Below are positions 1-13,877 of a stretch of 64,000 nt of DNA, piece after piece. Numbering within the stretch: position 1 is the first letter of the stretch; each line of letters begins with the position of its first letter. The translations under genes were made by a program, and so were the position numbers. Source of the stretch: Flectonema sp. DT1601 (taxonomy: Eukaryota); contig OZ025801.1 in the NCBI GenBank assembly GCA_964019425.1, forward strand, positions 930,001 through 994,000. The letters run 5' to 3'. Under the pieces are notes generated by a model, which saw only the letters and a list, made by a program, of their open reading frames with translations, did no database searches and was not told the DNA's origin.

Positions 1-2193
1 GGTAACGATGCCAACGATGGTTCAATCGACCATCCGCTTAAGAGCATCTCCGCTGGTGTGTCGAAGGCGTCGGGTAAGGCTGGGGCGTTCGTGTACCTGA
101 GAGCTGGTACCCACTACCTCACTGAGACTGTTCAGATCACAGCTGAGAACAGCGGGATGACGATTCAGAACTACAACGGTGAGAAGGTGATTGTTTCTGG
201 AGGACAGAGACTGGACGTGAAGTGGACTCCACACAACGTTGCTGACGGGAACAACATGTACGTTACGGATGTCACGGGAGTAGACTACGCGTGGGGATTC
301 CAAAAAGACGGAATTCGTGCGACCCGTGCGAGATTCCCGAACGGAAACGTTGAGTTGCCGGAGAGAACTGTCGAAGCTGGTGATCCAAACGGTGTCAAGA
401 TGATCCCAAGTGCCTCCGCTGTTTGGACCCCACCTGACTTGTCAAAGCAGGGAACCCAAACCTACATTACCAACACCAACCCTGCTCAGATGAGAAACTT
501 CACAACCTACGGATTCCAAGAATACATGGTTGGTATTGGTGGACCTTGTGCTATCTACGACCCTCCGGTAGCTTACTGGTGTGCAGAAGCTGTGAAGGGA
601 GGAGGTGCTTTTGCCTTCAGAGTTCCAAGGGGAGTGACTCCTGACAAGTCTGTGATCGCTCCGAAGGGAGGAGGTCCAGACTCTGGTCTCCACATGCCAT
701 ACGCTAACCCTGAAGGGGCGATCATCAACGTCTGGAGACCTGCGAGATGGGCGAACTGGATGTTTGAACTTGGAAAGTACGACACCACGACTCGCAACAT
801 CACCTTCGGAAGGGGAGGATTCCAGGGAGCGAGAGGAAACAACAAGGGAGGAGACTTCTTTATTGAGAATGTGATGGAAGAGTTCGACTACCCGAATGAG
901 TTCTTCTTCGATCAGTCTGCCTCGAAGATGTACTTCTTCTACAACGGAACTGGTGCTCCTTCTGACAACTCTGAGTACGTAATCCCTACTGTGAAGATCG
1001 CCTTCAACCTCACCGCGAGCAGATGGAACCCAATTAGAGATGTTACTATTAGAGGTCTCACGATCACTGCCTTCAGATACACTTACATGGAACCTCACGG
1101 TGTTCCATCTGGTGGTGACTGGGCTCTTGACAGAATGGCTGCTGTGTTCTATGAGGGAACTGAGAACTGTCACTTTGACCAGAACCACATCACCCGTGTT
1201 GATGGTAATGGAGTAATGATCTCTGGATACAACCGCAATGCCACGATCACCAACAACGAGTTCTCTTGGATTGGAGGAAACAGTATGGCCGGATGGGGAT
1301 ACACCAACGAGACTGGAGCTCACCCTCTCGAAGGATTTGACGGAACCGATGGCAACCACCCAAAGTACACCACCATCATCAACAACTTGGCTCGTGAGAT
1401 CGGACACTATGAGAAGCAATCTGCTTTCTGGTTTCAAGGAAAGGTTGCTGCCAGTGTGATCAAGTTCAATGTGTTCTTCAACGGACCGAGAGCTGGTATC
1501 AACTTCAATGACGGTCTTGGTGGAGGTGATCTTCTGGAAGGTAACCTTGTCTTCTCAACTTGCAGAGAGTCAGGAGACCACGGACCGTTCAACAGTTGGG
1601 ATCGTCAGCCGTTCTTGTCATCCCAGAGAACTGGTCAGCCTTCCCTTCAAATGGCATGGAGAACATTGACCCGCAACTTCTTCATCGACAACTACAACCT
1701 GCAGGAGGGAATTGATAACGATGATGGTTCTGCGTTCTACCACACCCACGAGAACTTCCTTGTGAGTGGACGCCAGGGAATGAAGAACGACTTTGGTGGG
1801 CACGATAACTACCACTACAACAACCTTTACGGATACGTTGGTAAGGGATTCGGAATCTGTTCTCAGATTGCAGGTCACGAAGATGCTTTCTACAACAACA
1901 CTTTGGTTATGACCGGAACTGATGTTGGAAGTGGAGAGGGATGTTCTGGACCTGGAAAGACCATCGTTCACGACCTGAAGGTGTACACTCCAACTGGTAA
2001 GGCTACTGAATGTGGTCACAGCCCACCGCAATCACCAGGAACTACTGTTCACAAGGTTTGATTATAATTTGTCTCAGAGTCGAAACATTTTTATTGTTTA
2101 TTAATATTTCCAATTACTCCGCCACAATAAATAAAACAGCTTCCTGAGGATGACGATATCATTGCGTGGGCCAAGATCCTACTCAGAATGTAA
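1..2193 (+). CDS. Secreted right-handed beta-helix (pectin-lyase fold, GH141-like) protein, array copy 1, 5'-truncated by window edge; exons <1-2055, 2140-2193
   Basis: Frame open from base 1 (GNDANDGS...). Motifs VYLRAGTHYL, GEKVIVSGG, RARFPN and Asn/Gly-rich beta-helix repeats. Intron 2056-2139 (GTTTG...AAAACAG) joins last exon LPEDDDIIAWAKILLRM*, which is conserved in all six copies. Confidence 0.75.
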
Positions 2194-2704
2194 GAACAAT
2201 AAAAACCTTTCGTAAACCCAACAGGGAACCCTCCAAATATTATATTTCCATTTTAATTCACTACTGTTATATCAATAAAGAGAACAAAACCCATTCTTTT
2301 TCTTTGAGAGAGACATTAATTCCTTTTTCTTTTCTTTTTGCGTGACCCCTATTAGATACTCCTGGAGTTGTGTATTTCTACTTCGTTATTGTCGTTGTTG
2401 AATTTTCGTCTTTTAGTTGATAATCGAATTCTGAGTCCCCTGCATAAGCCAGCTCTAGCGAAAATTAAACATTAATCGATCTTAATGTTTTTCTTCCTGG
2501 GTTGCGAGTTGTTCTGCCTCGATGTTTGCTAACGTTTTCCCTTTTTTTATTAAACCATTGGTCATGTTGCATTTACGATATAATTCAAAAGGATTGTTAT
2601 CGTAATCGTTATAAAGTGACTCAATGTTAATTTATCGTATTATTGAATAATATTAACTCTCGAGGTTTGTTTCTCTTATCTTTTATTTCATCAGCTGATA
2701 CAAA

Positions 2705-5182
2705 ATGAGAGCAACGCTGACACTGCTCAGCGCCGTAGTAGGCGCTGAAGCCGTCTGGTCTTTGGGACCTGAGTCGTTCAACTGCAAGATGAGAAACTTG
2801 GCGTGGGAGTACGGACAGAAGACTCTTCCGAAGTACGGAAAGTTCGAGAACTTGTACTACGCGTTGGGTCTGAACAAGGACTGCACGAACGTTACGGGAC
2901 CTGTTCACTTCACTCCTGCGGATTTGGAACCAAAGACACCGGTTTTCCCAAGCGGCAGCGGATTCTCTGTTTACGTTGACTTCGTCAAGGGTAACGATGC
3001 CAACGATGGTTCAATCGACCATCCGCTTAAGAGCATCTCCGCTGGTGTGTCGAAGGCGTCGGGTAAGGCTGGAGCGTTCGTGTACCTGAGAGCTGGTACC
3101 CACTACCTCACTGAGACTGTTCAGATCACAGCTGAGAACAGCGGGATGACGATTCAGAACTACAACGGTGAGAAGGTGATTGTTTCTGGAGGACAGAGAC
3201 TGGACGTGAAGTGGACTCCACACAACGTTGCTGACGGGAACAACATGTACGTTACGGATGTCACGGGAGTAGACTACGCGTGGGGATTCCAAAAAGACGG
3301 AATTCGTGCGACCCGTGCGAGATTCCCGAACGGAAACGTTGAGTTGCCAGAAAGAACCGCTGAAGCTGGTGATCCAAACGGTGTCAAGATGATCCCAAGT
3401 GCCTCCGCTGTTTGGACCCCACCTGACTTGTCAAAGCAGGGAACCCAAACCTACATTACCAACACCAACCCTGCTCAGATGAGAAACTTCACAACCTACG
3501 GATTCCAAGAATACATGGTTGGTATTGGTGGACCTTGTGCTATCTACGACCCTCCGGTAGCTTACTGGTGTGCAGAAGCTGTGAAGGGAGGAGGTGCTTT
3601 TGCCTTCAGAGTTCCAAGGGGAGTGACTCCTGACAAGTCTGTGATCGCTCCGAAGGGAGGAGGTCCAGACTCTGGTCTCCACATGCCATACGCTAACCCT
3701 GAAGGGGCGATCATCAACGTCTGGAGACCTGCGAGATGGGCGAACTGGATGTTTGAACTTGGAAAGTACGACACCACGACTCGCAACATCACCTTCGGAA
3801 GGGGAGGATTCCAGGGAGCGAGAGGAAACAACAAGGGAGGAGACTTCTTTATTGAGAATGTGATGGAAGAGTTCGACTACCCGAATGAGTTCTTCTTCGA
3901 TCAGTCTGCCTCGAAGATGTACTTCTTCTACAACGGAACCGGTGCTCCTTCTGACAACTCTGAGTACGTGATTCCTACTGTGAAGACCGCCTTCAACCTC
4001 ACCGCGAGCAGATGGAACCCAATTAGAGATGTTACTATTAGAGGTCTCACGATCACTGCCTTCAGATACACTTACATGGACCCTCACGGTGTTCCATCTG
4101 GTGGTGACTGGGCTCTTGACAGAATGGCTGCTGTGTTCTACGAGGGAACTGAGAACTGTCACTTTGACCAGAACCACATCACCCGTGTTGATGGTAACGG
4201 AGTAATGATCTCTGGATACAACCGCAATGCCACGATCACCAACAACGAGTTCTCTTGGATTGGAGGAAACAGTATGGCCGGATGGGGATACACCAACGAG
4301 ACTGGAGCTCACCCTCTCGAAGGATTTGACGGAACCGATGGCAACCACCCAAAGTACACCACCATCATCAACAACTTGGCTCGTGAGATCGGACACTATG
4401 AGAAGCAATCTGCTTTCTGGTTTCAAGGAAAGGTTGCTGCCAGTGTGATCAAGTTCAACGTGTTCTTCAACGGACCGAGAGCTGGTATCAACTTCAATGA
4501 CGGTCTTGGTGGAGGTGATCTTCTGGAGGGTAACCTTGTCTTCTCAACTTGCAGAGAGTCATCAGATCACGGACCGTTCAACAGTTGGGACCGTCAGCCG
4601 TTCTTGTCATCCCAGAGAACTGGTCAGCCTTCCCTTCAGATGGCATGGAGAACATTGACCCGCAACTTCTTCATCGACAACTACAACCTGCAGGAGGGAA
4701 TTGATAACGATGATGGTTCTGCGTTCTACCACACCCACGAGAACTTCCTCGTGAGTGGAAACGTGGGAATGAAGAACGACTTTGGTGGGCACGACAACTA
4801 CCACTACAACAACCTTTACGGATACGTTGCTAAGGGATTCGGAATCTGTTCTCAGATTGCAGGTCACGAAGATGCTTTCTACAACAACACTTTGGTTATG
4901 ACCGGAACTGAAGTAGGAAGTGGAGAGGGATGTTCTGGACCTGGAAAGACCATCGTTCACGACCTGAAGGTGTACACTCCAACTGGTAAGGCTACTGAAT
5001 GTGGTCACAGCCCACCACGGTCACCAGGAACTACTGTTCACAAGGTTTGATTATAATTTGTCTCAGAGTCGAAACGTTTTTATTGTTTATTAATATTTCC
5101 AATTACTCCGCCACAATAAATAAAACAGCTTCCTGAGGATGACGATATCATTGCGTGGGCCAAGATCCTACTCAGAATGTAA
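2705..5182 (+). CDS. Secreted beta-helix (GH141-like) protein, copy 2, 797 aa; exons 2705-5044, 5129-5182
   Basis: Signal peptide MRATLTLLSAVVGAEA. Motif YVDFVKGNDANDGSIDHPLKSI. 84-nt intron almost identical to copy 1. Confidence 0.8.
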
Positions 5183-5934
5183 ATATCAAAACTTAATTAG
5201 TATAAGAGAGTCGTGGCATCGTAACTTATTCCTGTTGTTGGAATTTGTAAAAGTTGCGCTAATTCCAACTAAAAGTGTGAGTAAATAATAATCTATGAAG
5301 TTGGCCGATGCTTTTTTCCCACCGGACGAACTCTGTTGGGCGACTACCTTATCCTATCCTTTCCCCTTTTTATCCCCCTTTTGAGCGCCTACTCTGTTGC
5401 TTTAGCCAGTGTAGTGCCGTACTAATAGGCCTTAATCAAATTGAATGCTGAGAACCAATCAAAAACTCGGACCTTGATACTTTGAATGGTGACCGCTGTC
5501 ACTTCGTTATTTCCCGCGCTGATTGAAAATTCTGATTATTCCAAGCAAATTAATTGATATATATAGCGAACGTTCTTCTTCCTTCTTCTTCTTCTATTCC
5601 CTCTCTTTTAAATAAATAAAACCTTTATTCTAACATAAAGGTTCAATAACTGCAAGCTTACGTAAACATACTCTATATCTGCGCATAAAAAGACTATCGA
5701 TCTCATTGAATATGTTCTCCAGCGGAGCAGTACTTTTTTGTGTTTTAGAATCTGTCTACAAAAGTGCAAACGTTGATTGATGTCAGCAATATGTTTACAG
5801 GTATTCTGTTTTTCTTATTATATTAAAGTAGACAACGCTTAATAAACGAGTGAGTCAACTTATTTTAATATTCTATCTGATTCTCTACCGTGAATGAAAT
5901 GATTTGAGAATTGTTATGTTCTGATATGCATTCT

Positions 5935-5963
5935 TTACAATCAGGTTAAGTTGTTTATTAAAT
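5935..5963 (+). promoter_or_regulatory. Probable trans-splice acceptor and short 5' leader (AG-GTTAAGTTGTTTATTAAAT-ATG), shared by array copies 3-6
   Basis: Near-identical ~25 nt before ATGs 5964, 10201, 13878 and 17371, although sequence further upstream differs. The function is inferred. Confidence 0.5.
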
Positions 5964-8811
5964 ATGAGAGCAACGCTGACACTGCTCAGCGCCGTGGTAG
6001 GCGCTGAAGCTGTCTGGTCTTTGGGACCTGAGTCGTTCAACTGCAAGATGAGAAACCTGGCGTGGGAGTACGGACAGAAGACTCTTCCGAAGTACGGAAA
6101 GTTCGAGAACTTGTACTACGCGTTGGGTCTGAACAAGGACTGCACGAACGTTACGGGACCTGTTCACTTCACTCCTGCGGATTTGGAACCAAAGACACCA
6201 GTTTTCCCAAGCGGCAGCGGATTCTCTGTTTACGTTGACTTCGTCAAGGGTAACGATGCCAACGATGGTTCAATCGACCATCCGCTTAAGAGCATCTCCG
6301 CTGGTGTGTCGAAGGCGTCGGGTAAGGCTGGAGCGTTCGTGTACCTGAGAGCTGGTACCCACTACCTCACTGAGACTGTTCAGATCACAGCTGAGAACAG
6401 CGGGATGACGATTCAGAACTACAACGGTGAGAAGGTGATTGTTTCTGGAGGACAGAGACTGGACGTGAAGTGGACTCCACACAACGTTGCTGACGGGAAC
6501 AACATGTACGTTACGGATGTCACGGGAGTAGACTACGCGTGGGGATTCCAAAAAGATGGAATTCGTGCGACCCGTGCGAGATTCCCGAACGGAAACGTTG
6601 AGTTGCCAGAGAGAACCGCCGAAGCTGGTGATCCAAACGGTGTCAAGATGATCCCAAGTGCCTCCGCTGTTTGGACCCCACCTGACTTGTCAAAGCAGGG
6701 AACCCAAACCTACGTTATTAACACCAACTCTTCTCAGATGAGAAACTTCACAACCTACGGATTCCAAGAATACATGGTTGGTATTGGTGGACCTTGTGAT
6801 ATCTACGACCCTCCAGTAGCATTCTGGTGTGCGAAGAACCCTGCAGGTGGAGGTGCTTTTGCCTTCAGAGTTCCAAGGGGAGTGACTCCTAACGAATCTG
6901 TGATCGCTCCAAAGGGAGGAGGTCCAGACTCTGGTCTCCACATGCCGTACGCTAACCCTGAAGGGGCGATCATCAATGTTTGGAGACCTGCGAGATGGGC
7001 GAACTGGATGTTTGAACTTGGAAAGTACGACACCATGAACAATAACATCACCTTCGGAAGGGGAGGATTCCAGGGAGCGAGAGGAAACGACAAGGGAGGA
7101 GACTTCTTTATTGAGAATGTGATGGAAGAGTTCGACTACCCGAATGAGTTCTTCTTCGATCAGTCTGCCTCGAAGATGTACTTCTTCTACAACGGAACTG
7201 GTGCTCCTTCTGACAACTCTGAGTACGTGATTCCTACTGTGAAGACCGCCTTCAACCTCACCGCGAGCAGATGGAACCCAATTAGAGATGTTACTATTAG
7301 AGGTCTCACGATCACTGCCTTCAGATACACTTACATGGACCCTCACGGTGTTCCATCTGGTGGTGACTGGGCTCTTGATAGAATGGCTGCTGTGTTCTAC
7401 GAGGGAACTGAGAACTGTCACTTTGACCAGAACCACATCACCCGTGTTGATGGTAACGGAGTAATGATCTCTGGATACAACCGCAATGCCACGATCACCA
7501 ACAACGAGTTCTCTTGGATTGGAGGAAACAGTATGGCCGGATGGGGATACACCAACGAGACTGGGGCCAATCCGCTCGAAGGATTTGACGCCACCGACGG
7601 TAACCATCCACAGTACACCACCATCATCAACAACTTGGCTCGTGAGGTCGGACACTATGAGAAGCAGTCTTCTTTCTGGTTCCAAGGAAAGGTTGCTGCC
7701 AGTGTGATCAAGTTCAATGTGTTCTTCAACGGACCGAGAGCTGGTATCAACTTCAATGACGGTCTTGGTGGAGGTGATCTTCTGGAAGGTAACCTTGTCT
7801 TCTCAACTTGCAGAGAGTCATCAGACAACGGACCGTTAAACAATTGGGATCGTCAGCCGTTTCTAACGACCCAGAGAAACGGTCAGCCTTCTGTTCAAAT
7901 GGCATGGAGAACACTGACCCGTAACTTCTTCATCGACAACTACAACTTGCAGGAGGCTGTTGACACCGATGATGGTTCTGGATTTTTCCACACTCACCAC
8001 AACTTTATTGTAAGTGGTGGTCGTGGTATGAAGAATGACTACGGAGGTCACGATAACTACCACTACAACAATATTTACGGATACGTTGGTACTGGGTTTA
8101 TTATTTGTGCCCAGATTGCTGGTCACGAAGATGCTTTCTACAACAACACTGTTATTATGACAAGTGAATCAGTAGCTAGTGGCGAAGGATGTTCTGGACC
8201 TGGAAAGACCATCGTTCACGACCTGACGATTTACACTCCAACTGGTAACGCTACTGAATGTGGTCACAGCCCACCGCAATCACCGGGAACTACTGTTCAC
8301 AAGGTATGTTTGATTTGGTATTATCTTAATTATAAATAACATATCCGACAGACGGTTGGTTATCTTTTTTATTGTAATTGATATTCACGTGTTTAAAGAT
8401 CTTCGTATGAATTCATTAACGTGTGAGTCATCTTCTTCTTTCTTGTAACAATATTTTACTTACTGTCCATTTATTTGAAAAAGAATTCCACTTCAATTGA
8501 AGTGTGTGTCGTTTTTTTCTAAACTACTTATCTCAAAGTAAGTGGAGCACGTTATCCCAAAAGGAGAAACTAGCAGTGGCTCTTTATTTAGATCTGCTGT
8601 TGTTTTCTTAAGTTCAGGGAGAACTGTGTCTGAGGCATAGGGCTGCCACGCCTTACTATGTTCAAGTGTCGTGGTGGGAGATGGTGAATGAAATTAGGTA
8701 ACACACTTCGACAATAACATTAAAATGAAATAAAAAAAAAAATAAAAATAAAAACAGTTTCCTGCTGATGACGACGTTATCTCATGGGCGAGAGCCCTTC
8801 TCAGAATGTAA
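5964..8811 (+). CDS. Secreted beta-helix (GH141-like) protein, copy 3; exons 5964-8303, 8758-8811
   Basis: Same ORF family. 454-nt intron GTATG...AAAACAG at the same codon position. Last exon FPADDDVISWARALLRM*. Confidence 0.8.
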
Positions 8812-10200
8812 AGGATTATTTAAAAAAAAAAAAAAAAAATCTAAACGTGAGTCAGATACCGATACAGTCGGTTGATGTGTAGCCAAACTCGATTTGGATT
8901 TTCCATTTCTTGTTTTCGTAGTTGATGCAAACGTTATTTCCCTCCCCTTTAGTTTACTTTGTTTTTGGCTCCAATTCGCAATTTACAAGTCTAGTATATG
9001 TGCGATTTACATTGGTATCATAAAATAAAATATTTTAATCAACTGTATAGTGATATCTACTACTACTGGACTACTCGAGTTAAGAGATGGCTGAAAAACT
9101 TTAAGAACGAACTTTTAACTTTGATTTTTATGAATATATCTCATTCCTGTTAGTCGGTTGTAGTTACTCCCTGCTTTTGATGAATTCCTCTTACTTCGCT
9201 TTTTTGGTTGCTTTTATCCACCTTTGTTATTTATAACTGTGAAAAAAAAAGATAGAAACCTGTTTGCGTTTCAATACTGAAACTGTTGGTCTCTTTTTAC
9301 AAATCAACTTTTGTTCGATCGAACTTTAATTTAGTTTTATCCAGTTTCAAGTTGCTTTGTATTTAATTATGGTATCAGGCTACCTCCTTCTCTCTCCTGA
9401 CTGATTCAAGTTTTCAGGTAAAGGACCCTTCCTTCTCATTTTATTTTCTTTCTCAACATTTATGTGTTTGTTATTTTATAAAAATAAAACACAGAGAGGA
9501 GAAATCATTTAGATTTGAGTATTGGATTGTTCTTTACCATTTCTTGCAATCTGGTTAAGTTGTTTACTAAATGTCAGCTGTGCATTACTGAAATCTATCC
9601 TATCCTTTCCCCTTTTTATCCCCCTTTCGGACGCCTACTCTGTTGCTTTAGCCAGTGTAGTGCCGTACTAATAGGCCTTAATCAAATTGAATGCTGAGAA
9701 CCAATCAAAAACTCGGACCTTAATACTTTGAATGGTGACCGCTGTCACTTCGTTATTTCCCGCGCTGATTGAAAATTCTGATTATTCCAAGCAAATTAAT
9801 TGATATATCGCGAACGTTCTTCTTCTTCTTCTATTCCCTCTCTTTTGAATAAATAAAACCTTTATTCTAACATAAAGGTTCAATAACCGCAAGCTTACGT
9901 AAACATACTCTATATCTGCGCATAAAAAGACTATCGATCTCATTGAATATGTTCTCCAGCGGAGCAGTACTTTTTTATGTTTTAGAACCTGTCTACAAAA
10001 GTGCAAACGTTGATTGATGTCAGCAATATGTTTACAGGTATTCTGTTTTTCTTATTATATTAAAGTAGACAACGCTTAATAAACGAGTGAGTCTACTTAT
10101 TTTAATATTCTATCTGATTCTCTACCGTGAATGAAATGATTTGAGAATTGTTATGTTCTGATATGCATTCTTTACAATTAGGTTAAGTTGTTTATTAAAT

Positions 10201-13051
10201 ATGAGAGCAACGCTGACACTGCTCAGTGCCGTGGTAGGCGCTGAAGCCGTCTGGTCTTTGGGACCTGAGTCGTTCAACTGCAAGATGAGAAACTTGGCAT
10301 GGGAGTACGGACAGAAGACTCTTCCGAAGTACGGAAAGTTCGAGAACTTGTACTACGCGTTGGGTCTGAACAAGGACTGCACGAACGTTACGGGACCTGT
10401 TCACTTCACTCCTGCGGATTTGGAACCAAAGACACCAGTTTTCCCAAGCGGCAGCGGATTCTCTGTTTACGTTGACTTCGTCAAGGGTAACGATGCCAAC
10501 GATGGTTCAATCGACCATCCGCTTAAGAGCATCTCCGCTGGTGTATCGAAGGCGTCGGGCAAGGCTGGAGCGTTCGTGTACCTGAGAGCTGGTACCCACT
10601 ACCTCACTGAGACTGTTCAGATCACAGCTGAGAACAGCGGGATGACGATTCAGAACTACAACGGTGAGAAGGTGATTGTTTCTGGAGGACAGAGACTGGA
10701 CGTGAAGTGGACTCCACACAACATTGCTGACGGGAACAACATGTACGTTACGGATGTCACAGGAGTAGACTACGCGTGGGGATTCCAAAAAGACGGAATT
10801 CGTGCGACCCGTGCGAGATTCCCGAACGGAAACGTTGAGTTGCCAGAAAGAACCGCCGAAGCTGGTGATCCAAACGGTGTCAAGATGATCCCAAGTGCCT
10901 CCGCTGTTTGGACCCCACCTGACTTGTCAAAGCAGGGAACCCAAACCTACGTTATTAACACCAACTCTTCTCAGATGAGAAACTTCACAACCTACGGATT
11001 CCAAGAATACATGGTTGGTATTGGTGGACCTTGTGATATCTACGACCCTCCAGTAGCATTCTGGTGTGCGAAGAACCCTGCAGGTGGAGGTGCTTTTGCC
11101 TTCAGAGTTCCAAGGGGAGTGACTCCTAACGAATCTGTGATCGCTCCGAAGGGAGGAGGTCCAGACTCTGGTCTCCACATGCCATACGCTAACCCTGAAG
11201 GGGCGATCATCAATGTTTGGAGACCTGCGAGATGGGCGAACTGGATGTTTGAACTTGGAAAGTACGACACCATGAACAATAACATCACCTTCGGAAGGGG
11301 AGGATTCCAGGGAGCGAGAGGAAACGACAAGGGAGGAGACTTCTTTATTGAGAATGTGATGGAAGAGTTCGACTACCCGAATGAGTTCTTCTTCGATCAG
11401 TCTGCCTCGAAGATGTACTTCTTCTACAACGGAACTGGTGCTCCTTCTGACAACTCTGAGTACGTAATCCCTACTGTGAAGACCGCCTTCAACCTCACCG
11501 CGAGCAGATGGAACCCAATTAGAGATGTTACTATTAGAGGTCTCACGATCACTGCCTTCAGATACACTTACATGGACCCTCACGGTGTTCCATCTGGTGG
11601 TGACTGGGCTCTTGATAGAATGGCTGCTGTGTTCTACGAGGGAACTGAGAACTGTCACTTTGACCAGAACCACATCACCCGTGTTGATGGTAACGGAGTA
11701 ATGATCTCTGGATACAACCGCAATGCCACGATCACCAACAACGAGTTCTCTTGGATTGGAGGAAACAGTATGGCCGGATGGGGATACACCAACGAGACTG
11801 GGGCCAATCCGCTCGAAGGATTTGACGCCACCGACGGTAACCATCCACAGTACACCACCATCATCAACAACTTGGCTCGTGAGGTCGGACACTATGAGAA
11901 GCAGTCTTCTTTCTGGTTTCAAGGAAAGGTTGCTGCCAGTGTGATCAAGTTCAATGTGTTCTTCAACGGACCGAGAGCTGGTATCAACTTCAATGACGGT
12001 CTTGGTGGAGGTGATCTTCTGGAGGGTAACCTTGTCTTCTCAACTTGCAGAGAGTCATCAGACAACGGACCGTTAAACAATTGGGATCGTCAGCCGTTTC
12101 TAACGACCCAGAGAAACGGTCAGCCTTCTGTTCAAATGGCATGGAGAACATTGACCCGTAACTTCTTCATCGACAACTACAACTTGCAGGAGGCTGTTGA
12201 CACCGATGATGGTTCTGGATTTTTCCACACTCACCACAATTTTATTGTAAGTGGTGGTCGTGGTATGAAGAATGACTACGGAGGTCACGATAACTACCAC
12301 TACAACAATATTTACGGATACGTTGGTACTGGGTTTATTATTTGTGCCCAGATTGCTGGTCACGAAGATGCTTTCTACAACAACACTGTTATTATGACAA
12401 GTGAATCAGTAGCTAGTGGCGAAGGATGTTCTGGACCTGGAAAGACCATCGTTCACGACCTGACGATTTACACTCCAACTGGTAACGCTACTGAATGTGG
12501 TCACAGCCCACCGCAATCACCAGGAACTACTGTTCACAAGGTATGTTTGATTTGGTATTATCTTAATTATAAATAACATATCCAACAGACGGTTGGTTAT
12601 CTTTTTTATTGTAATTGATATTCACGTGTTTAAAGATCTTCGTATGAATTCATTAACGTGTGAGTCATCTTCTTCTTTCTTGTAACAATATTTTACTTAC
12701 TGTCCATTTATTTGAAAAAGAATTCCACTTCAATTGAAGTGTGTGTTGTTTTTTTCTAAACTACTTATCTCAAAGTAAGTGGAGCACGTTATCCCAAAAG
12801 GAGAAACTAGCAGTGGCTCTTTATTTAGATCTGCTGTTGTTTTCTTAAGTTCGGGGAGAACTGTGTCTGAGGCATAGGGCTGCCACGCCTTACTATGTTC
12901 AAGTGTCGTGGTGGGAGATGGTGAATGAAATTAGGTAACACACTTCGACAATAACATTAAAATGAAATAAAAAAAAAAAAAATAAAAATAAAAACAGTTC
13001 CCTGCTGATGACGACGTTATCTCATGGGCGAGAGCCCTTCTCAGAATGTAA
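10201..13051 (+). CDS. Secreted beta-helix (GH141-like) protein, copy 4; exons 10201-12540, 12998-13051
   Basis: Near-identical to copy 3 (NVADG>NIADG plus silent SNPs). 457-nt intron. Confidence 0.8.
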
Positions 13052-13877
13052 AGGATTATTTAAAAAAAAAAAAAAAAAATCTAAACGTGAGTCAGATACC
13101 GATACAGTCGGTTGATGTGTAGCCAAACTCGATTTGGATTTTCCATTTCTTGTTTTCGTAGTTGATGCAAACGTTATTTCCCTCCCCTTTAGTTTACTTT
13201 GTTTTTGGCTCCAATTCGCGATTTACAAGTCTAGTATATGTGCGATTTACATTGGTATCATAAAATAAAATATTTTAATCAACTGTATAGTGATATCTAC
13301 TACTACTGGACTACTCGAGTTAAGAGATGGCTGAAAAACTTTAAGAACGAACTTTTAACTTTGATTTTTATGAATATATCTCATTCCTGTTAGTCGGTTG
13401 TAGTTACTCCCTGCTTTTGATGAATTCCTCTTACTTCGCTTTTTTGGTTGCTTTTATCCACCTTTGTTATTTATAACTGTGAAAAAAAAGATAGAAACCT
13501 GTTTGCGTTTCAATACTGAAACTGTTGGTCTCTTTTTACAAATCAACTTTTGTTCGATCGAACTTTAATTTAGTTTTATCCAGTTTCAAGTTGCTTTGTA
13601 TTTAATTATGGTATCAGGCTACCTCCTTCTCTCTCCTGACTGATTCAAGTTTTCAGGTAAAGGACCCTTCCTTCTCATTTTATTTTCTTTCTCAACATTT
13701 ATGTGTTTGTTATTTTATAAAAATAAAACACAGAGAGGAGAAATCATTTAGATTTGAGTATTGGATTGTTCTTTACTATTTCTTGCAATCTGGTTAAGTT
13801 GTTTACTAAATGTCAGCTGTGCATTGCTGAAGTTTTCTTATTAGTTATTTGTAATCAGGTTAAGTTGTTTATTAAAT

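Larger units (their letters stand above)
5351..13830. repeat. Recent ~4.24-kb direct tandem duplication (units ~5351-9595 and ~9596-13830) carrying copies 3 and 4
   Basis: Upstream spacer, CDS, intron and downstream spacer are all near-identical. ATG-to-ATG offset is 4237 nt. Confidence 0.9.

Noticed and set aside
5351..5940. ~600-nt spacer block repeated at 9596-10180 as a mobile element
   Set aside because: No terminal repeats, target duplication or coding signal seen. It is explained as part of the 4.24-kb tandem duplication.
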